DNA of 11,565 nt from Candidatus Micrarchaeota archaeon. GTDB lineage: Archaea; Micrarchaeota; Micrarchaeia; Anstonellales; Bilamarchaeaceae. The notes under the pieces are model-generated. The model was not told where the DNA came from. It did not search any database and was given only the letters and a program-made list of their open reading frames with translations. Below, piece by piece: positions 8,343 through 11,565 of this stretch (position 1 is its first letter; each line of letters begins with the position of its first letter). A program made the position numbers and the translations under genes. Location of the stretch: NCBI GenBank assembly GCA_037440825.1, contig JBBITJ010000002.1, forward strand, positions 11,351 through 22,915. The letters are read 5' to 3'.

Positions 8343-8831
8343 ATGTCATTTCTGGATAACTTTATGGGGAAGAAACGGAGGCCGCAGGTGGTGCTCCTCA
8401 TAGACGGTCCGAACAGCATAAGGAAGGGCATCACGGTTGATTTGAAGGAGGTGCGCAAGGAGCTCCAGAAATACGGGGACATCCGCATCTCCAAAGTCTA
8501 CCTTGACCAGTACGCTTCGGACAAATTGATAGAGGCGATGGTGAACCAGGGCTTCGAGCCGGAAATCACGACCGGAGACGTGGACGTGACGATGGCAATT
8601 GAAGCGATGGAATACGTCGTTGACGGAAAGACCGACGTGCTTGCGCTCATGACCCGCGACACTGATTTCACCCCTGTCCTCAGGAAGGCGAAGAAATACG
8701 GGAAGAAGACGATGATAGTCGCTACGGACACCGCATTTTCGGTCGCGCTGCGCAACACCGCTGATGTGGTGGTGGTGATGAAGCAGCCGGGCATGGGTGC
8801 AGCGGACCACCTGAAGAATGCCGAGATTTAG
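8343..8831 (+). CDS. NYN-domain (PIN-like) protein, archaeal TIGR00288 type
   Basis: LLIDGPN, GDVDVTMAIEAM and TRDTDFTPVLRKAKKYGK acidic motifs; SD-like AGGTGG upstream. Confidence 0.88.
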   Translation: MSFLDNFMGKKRRPQVVLLIDGPNSIRKGITVDLKEVRKELQKYGDIRISKVYLDQYASDKLIEAMVNQGFEPEITTGDVDVTMAIEAMEYVVDGKTDVLALMTRDTDFTPVLRKAKKYGKKTMIVATDTAFSVALRNTADVVVVMKQPGMGAADHLKNAEI

Positions 8832-8882
8832 GTTTAAAAAGTTTGACAGTCTATTGATATTGATTTTTTGAGGTGAAAGTAT

Positions 8883-9107
8883 ATGCCAGAGAAAAGACCT
8901 TTCGACGTGCTCAATGCTTCGTTGAACAACACAGTAATCATAGGGCTCAAGGGCGGAATGGAATTCCGCGGAACCATGGTCGCGTACGACGTGCACATGA
9001 ACATCGTGCTCGAGAAAGCCGAGCAGATCGTGAACGGCGAAGTCAAGAGGGGTGTGGGAACCGTGCTCCTCAGGGGCGACAGCATCGTATTCCTATCGCC
9101 TTCTTAG
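8883..9107 (+). CDS. Sm-like archaeal protein (SmAP1/Lsm)
   Basis: RPFDVL, Sm1 motif G...YDVHMNIVL and Sm2 motif VLLRGDSIVFLSP; SD GAGGTG upstream. Confidence 0.95.
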   Translation: MPEKRPFDVLNASLNNTVIIGLKGGMEFRGTMVAYDVHMNIVLEKAEQIVNGEVKRGVGTVLLRGDSIVFLSPS

Positions 9108-9182
9108 TTTTTGATTTGTAATTTTTCTTTGGGGGTGAAACCCTCGGCCCCTTTCTTTTGTAAAAGAAATAGGATATGGGCT

Positions 9183-9254
9183 GGGCTTATAGCTCAACAG
9201 CAGAGCGCCCGCTTGGCGTGCGGGAGGCTGGGGGTGCGAATCCCCCTGAGTCCA
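9183..9254 (+). tRNA. tRNA-Ala(GGC), no encoded CCA
   Basis: Cloverleaf: acceptor GGGCTTA/TGAGTCC with G3:U70, A73 discriminator; anticodon arm CCCGC-TTGGCGT-GCGGG (GGC at 9215-9217); T arm GGGGG-TGCGAAT-CCCCC. Confidence 0.93.
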
Positions 9255-9260
9255 CTATCA

Positions 9261-9294
9261 GTTTCCAGTTTCGAGTTCCGGGTTTTGAGAAACC
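9261..9294 (+). repeat. Degenerate heptamer tandem repeat directly 3' of tRNA-Ala
   Basis: gtttcca-gtttcga-gttccgg-gttttga, closed by the inverted gaaac. Confidence 0.72.
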
Positions 9295-9454
9295 AATCAT
9301 GGACATGGATCCTGATCATGGCGAAATGGTGGCGAAAACCCAGGTGTTGGGTGAGGTTGTCCACCCCGCTGTAGCAGGCAATCTCGTCCTCCTTTTCCAT
9401 CTTCAGCAATCCGACCATGATTTTTATTGTGGTAATTAGTATTTAAATCTACAC

Positions 9455-10312
9455 TTATTCAACCGATCCCACGTATTCCTTCAGCGCCAGTCCTATGACA
9501 AAGCTTATCAGCGCCACTCCGAACGATATCACGATCATCTCCTCGAATTTTTCCCAGAAATTCTGGCTCTTTGCAGTGGTTATGTAGAACGAATATCCGG
9601 CAACTATCGCGAGCGTGAGCGCGAGCAAGACAGCCAAAGCCGCTTGCACGCTCTGGAGCAGGAAATATGGCGAAATGATTATGAGCACGGTGAGCATGTA
9701 CGCCCCTGCGGTGTATATGAATGATTTCGCAGGGTTCTTCTTCTCGTCCTCCTTTGCAGACAAGTATGCGGACGCGCCCATGGAAAGGGAAGCCGCCACC
9801 CCCATTATCAGCCCTGTTATTCCGATTATTTTCGAATCCGCTATCGCGAACGTGAGCCCTGCGAGCGTCCCGGTGAATTCAACTATCGCGTCGTTGAGCC
9901 CCAGCACTATCGAACTCGCGTATTCCAGCCGTTCCTCGGAGAGCATGCCCAAAAGATATTCCTCGTGCTTCTCCTCGTCCTTGAGCATCGCTTCCAGTTC
10001 CGGCCATTCCTTCATGAGGGTTCCGTAATTGAGCTGCGCCTTCAGCTCGCCGTTCTCCATCAGCTTGAGCCCGAAGGAGAGCCCGAAAACGGATGAGATC
10101 AGCGTGTACCACGCCTCCGCCAGTGCATCATGGGAAACGTCCCTTCCGGTTATCTTCTTCAGCATCCCGTAGTGCTTGAGCTCGTCGCCTGCTATCTCTT
10201 CCAGGATTTTCCTGTTCTTGGCATCCTTGGTCCTTTTCGCCAAGGCAAGGTAGATGCGGTGCTCTGTAATCTCTCCCTTCTGCATTTCCAGAATCGCGGA
10301 ATCCCTGTCCAT
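9455..10312 (-). CDS. Rubrerythrin/ferritin-like-VIT1/CCC1 fusion, putative iron transporter
   Basis: N-terminal di-iron pattern E...DELKH...E...DEEKH; C-terminal VIT1 motifs VLGLNDAIV and SLSMGASAYLS with about 5 TM helices. Confidence 0.88.
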   Translation of the reverse strand: MDRDSAILEMQKGEITEHRIYLALAKRTKDAKNRKILEEIAGDELKHYGMLKKITGRDVSHDALAEAWYTLISSVFGLSFGLKLMENGELKAQLNYGTLMKEWPELEAMLKDEEKHEEYLLGMLSEERLEYASSIVLGLNDAIVEFTGTLAGLTFAIADSKIIGITGLIMGVAASLSMGASAYLSAKEDEKKNPAKSFIYTAGAYMLTVLIIISPYFLLQSVQAALAVLLALTLAIVAGYSFYITTAKSQNFWEKFEEMIVISFGVALISFVIGLALKEYVGSVE

Positions 10313-10318
10313 TTTGAT

Positions 10319-10678
10319 TCACTTCCTGCGCGCGAAAACCGCAGCTCCGGCTATTCCTGCAAACATGAGCGCAGGGCCGCAGCGTGCAGCCGGAGACATG
10401 CCGGGCTGGCTGTAATTCCCTGCTGCAGCCATCGCCTGCTCGCATTCCTCCTCCTGCGCTATGCAGTCCGCGAATGCAGATTGCACCTCGTAATCGCTGT
10501 AAGCGCTCGTGTCGTACATGCAGTCGTACGTCCCGTCGTCCTGCACTGCCCAGTTCCCGTTGACCTTGTAGCAGTTGGACTGGAAGCAGGGATCGGTCTG
10601 CTGTATGCAATATTCCGTATATGGGCCTGCGAACACGCCGGCCATGATCGCAACAAGCACAATAAGCATCTTCGGCAT
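10319..10678 (-). CDS. Small secreted Cys-rich protein with a C-terminal CGP-CTERM-like sorting signal
   Basis: Signal peptide MPKMLIVLVAIMAGVFA; six Cys in an acidic ectodomain; NYS sequon; ends CGP-ALMFAGIAGAAVFA-RRK; GGTGA SD and a TATA-like TTTTTAAA upstream. Confidence 0.75.
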   Translation of the reverse strand: MPKMLIVLVAIMAGVFAGPYTEYCIQQTDPCFQSNCYKVNGNWAVQDDGTYDCMYDTSAYSDYEVQSAFADCIAQEEECEQAMAAAGNYSQPGMSPAARCGPALMFAGIAGAAVFARRK

Positions 10679-10726
10679 GGGATCACCGCAATCCCAACAA
10701 TTAGGAACTTTAAAAACATTCGTAAA

Positions 10727-11122
10727 CTACTCCTTCAGTGCCTCCTCTATCGCTTTGGAGAAGATTTTCGAGTCACGCGCCTTAGGCGCTCCTGCATGCT
10801 CCTCCTGCTTATTCCTTCCATTGCGTCCAGCTCGTCAAGGTGGATGATTATTTCGCATACTTGAAAATACATACTCTTACGAGGAAGCAGAAGCGCGTCC
10901 TCGCGGTCGCAGCTGGAAATGATCATTCCTGGTCCAAAAGCCAGCTCCGACCAGCCTCATGATGCGGACCAGAGGATCTGGTAAGTCAGCTTCTTGTTCT
11001 TTCCTGAGATGTAAACGACCGGGCTTTTCTGTCAAGGGCTATGCCCGGGAATTTTTCCGTGCTCTCGGAGCAGTAGCAGTCCTGATGATAAACTGCAATC
11101 GTGGCTTCCTTCAGCTTCTCAT
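10727..11122 (-). pseudogene. Frameshifted, internally deleted HTH-10 (bacterio-opsin-activator-type HTH) transcription regulator
   Basis: Fragments in different frames: LKEATIAVYHQDCYCSESTEKFPG; SPVVYISGKNKKLTYQILW; IHLDELDAMEGISRRSMQERLRR; DSKIFSKAIEEALKE*. The last two resemble the HTH-10 pattern LxELAxxLGISxxTxxEHLRRAExKI. TATA-like TTATAAA about 25 nt upstream of ATG 11122. Confidence 0.65.
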
Positions 11123-11156
11123 GTTCTTATTCTCTTTATCACGGTTTATAATTGTA

Positions 11157-11272
11157 AGCCCCAGCCGAGAATTGAACTCGGTGCCTCCTGTTATCTGTCT
11201 CCAGTCCTGGGTTTTCGGTTCTGAATAGACTGAAGATACAAGACAGGCGCTCTACCGATGAGCTACTGAGGC
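11157..11272 (-). tRNA. tRNA-Thr(UGU) with a 44-nt intron at position 37/38 (intron 11193-11236)
   Basis: Acceptor GCCTCAG/CTGGGGC with U73; D arm GCTC-ATCGGTA-GAGC; anticodon stem CCTGT/ACAGG with TGT at 11240-11238; T arm CCGAG-TTCAATT-CTCGG; intron forms a roughly 10-bp helix. Confidence 0.92.
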
Positions 11273-11291
11273 AAGTAATGATGCGCTGACC

Positions 11292-11340
11292 GTTTAGGGT
11301 TTTGCGTCTCAGGTTTCCAGTTCCGAGCCCGGAAGCTGGA
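11292..11340 (+). repeat. Degenerate heptamer tandem repeat / hairpin upstream of tRNA-Thr
   Basis: gtttagg-gttttgc-gtctcag-gtttcca-gttccga-gcccgga; tccagttccg pairs with cggaagctgga. Confidence 0.7.
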
Positions 11341-11352
11341 CGTCTGCATTAC

Positions 11353-11377
11353 TTATTTAAACGTTGCTTAATAAAAG
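11353..11377. promoter_or_regulatory. Divergent TATA-like elements for tRNA-Thr (-) and L40e (+)
   Basis: Minus strand AACGTTTAAATA; plus strand TTAATAAAA; SD AGGTGA at 11399-11404 before L40e. Confidence 0.45.
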
Positions 11378-11410
11378 CTATTTGTAATCCTTACCGTTAG
11401 GTGATTTCAT

Positions 11411-11563
11411 ATGGGCAAATTCGCGGAAGCTGATGCTGAAATAATCAAGATAGTGATTTGCAGGAAATGCAAGGCAAGGAACAAGAAGGGCATCGCCAAA
11501 TGCAGGAAGTGCGGCTCCACGTTCCTCAGGCCGAAGAGGAAGGACATAAGGGCCAAGAAGTAG
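11411..11563 (+). CDS. rpl40e: 50S ribosomal protein L40e
   Basis: Manual translation MGKFAEADAEIIKIVICRKCKARNKKGIAKCRKCGSTFLRPKRKDIRAKK; ICRKCxARN...CRKCG...LRPK signature. Confidence 0.95.
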   Translation: MGKFAEADAEIIKIVICRKCKARNKKGIAKCRKCGSTFLRPKRKDIRAKK

Positions 11564-11565
11564 CC

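Noticed and set aside
8346..8996. 216-aa minus-strand ORF
   Set aside because: Antisense shadow of the NYN and Sm genes, with no recognisable motifs
9111..9439. Plus-strand ORFs 9111..9374 and 9176..9439
   Set aside because: They span the tRNA-Ala gene and the repeat
10128..10864. ORFs 10130..10864 (+), 10128..10610 (-), 10459..10719 (-) and 10575..10847 (+)
   Set aside because: They overlap better-supported genes and show no protein-family signal
9255..11156. Integrated element between the two tRNAs
   Set aside because: No integrase or transposase, and no duplicated tRNA 3' end (att site) visible
10959..11228. 89-aa plus-strand ORF
   Set aside because: Antisense to the pseudogene and tRNA-Thr
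7554..11340. Heptamer arrays as a CRISPR array
   Set aside because: Units are 7 nt, degenerate and contiguous, with no unique spacers and no cas genes

Overview
Archaeal chromosomal window, mostly housekeeping genes. The divergent ribosomal proteins and tRNAs suggest a DPANN/Micrarchaeota-like lineage (inference only). From left to right: a five-gene cluster for the lower half of the archaeal (Aeropyrum-type) modified mevalonate pathway (isopentenyl phosphate kinase divergent from UbiX, a UbiD-type decarboxylase and both aconitase-X subunits) followed by Hjc; a minus-strand run aIF5A-S24e-S27ae-CPBP protease-Kae1; TatD, a NYN protein, an Sm-like protein and tRNA-Ala(GGC); then a rubrerythrin-VIT1 iron transporter, a small secreted Cys-rich protein with a CGP-CTERM-like tail, a decayed HTH-10 regulator, an intron-containing tRNA-Thr(UGU) and L40e. 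S27ae and L40e are missing from the supplied ORF track. The most unusual unexplained signal is a family of degenerate 7-nt tandem repeats (GTTTCCR-like) that form hairpins. They occur in three intergenic spacers, make up most of the tRNA-Thr intron, and in one case sit next to a degenerate second copy of the tatD 5' end. No CRISPR array, transposase or integrase was seen.
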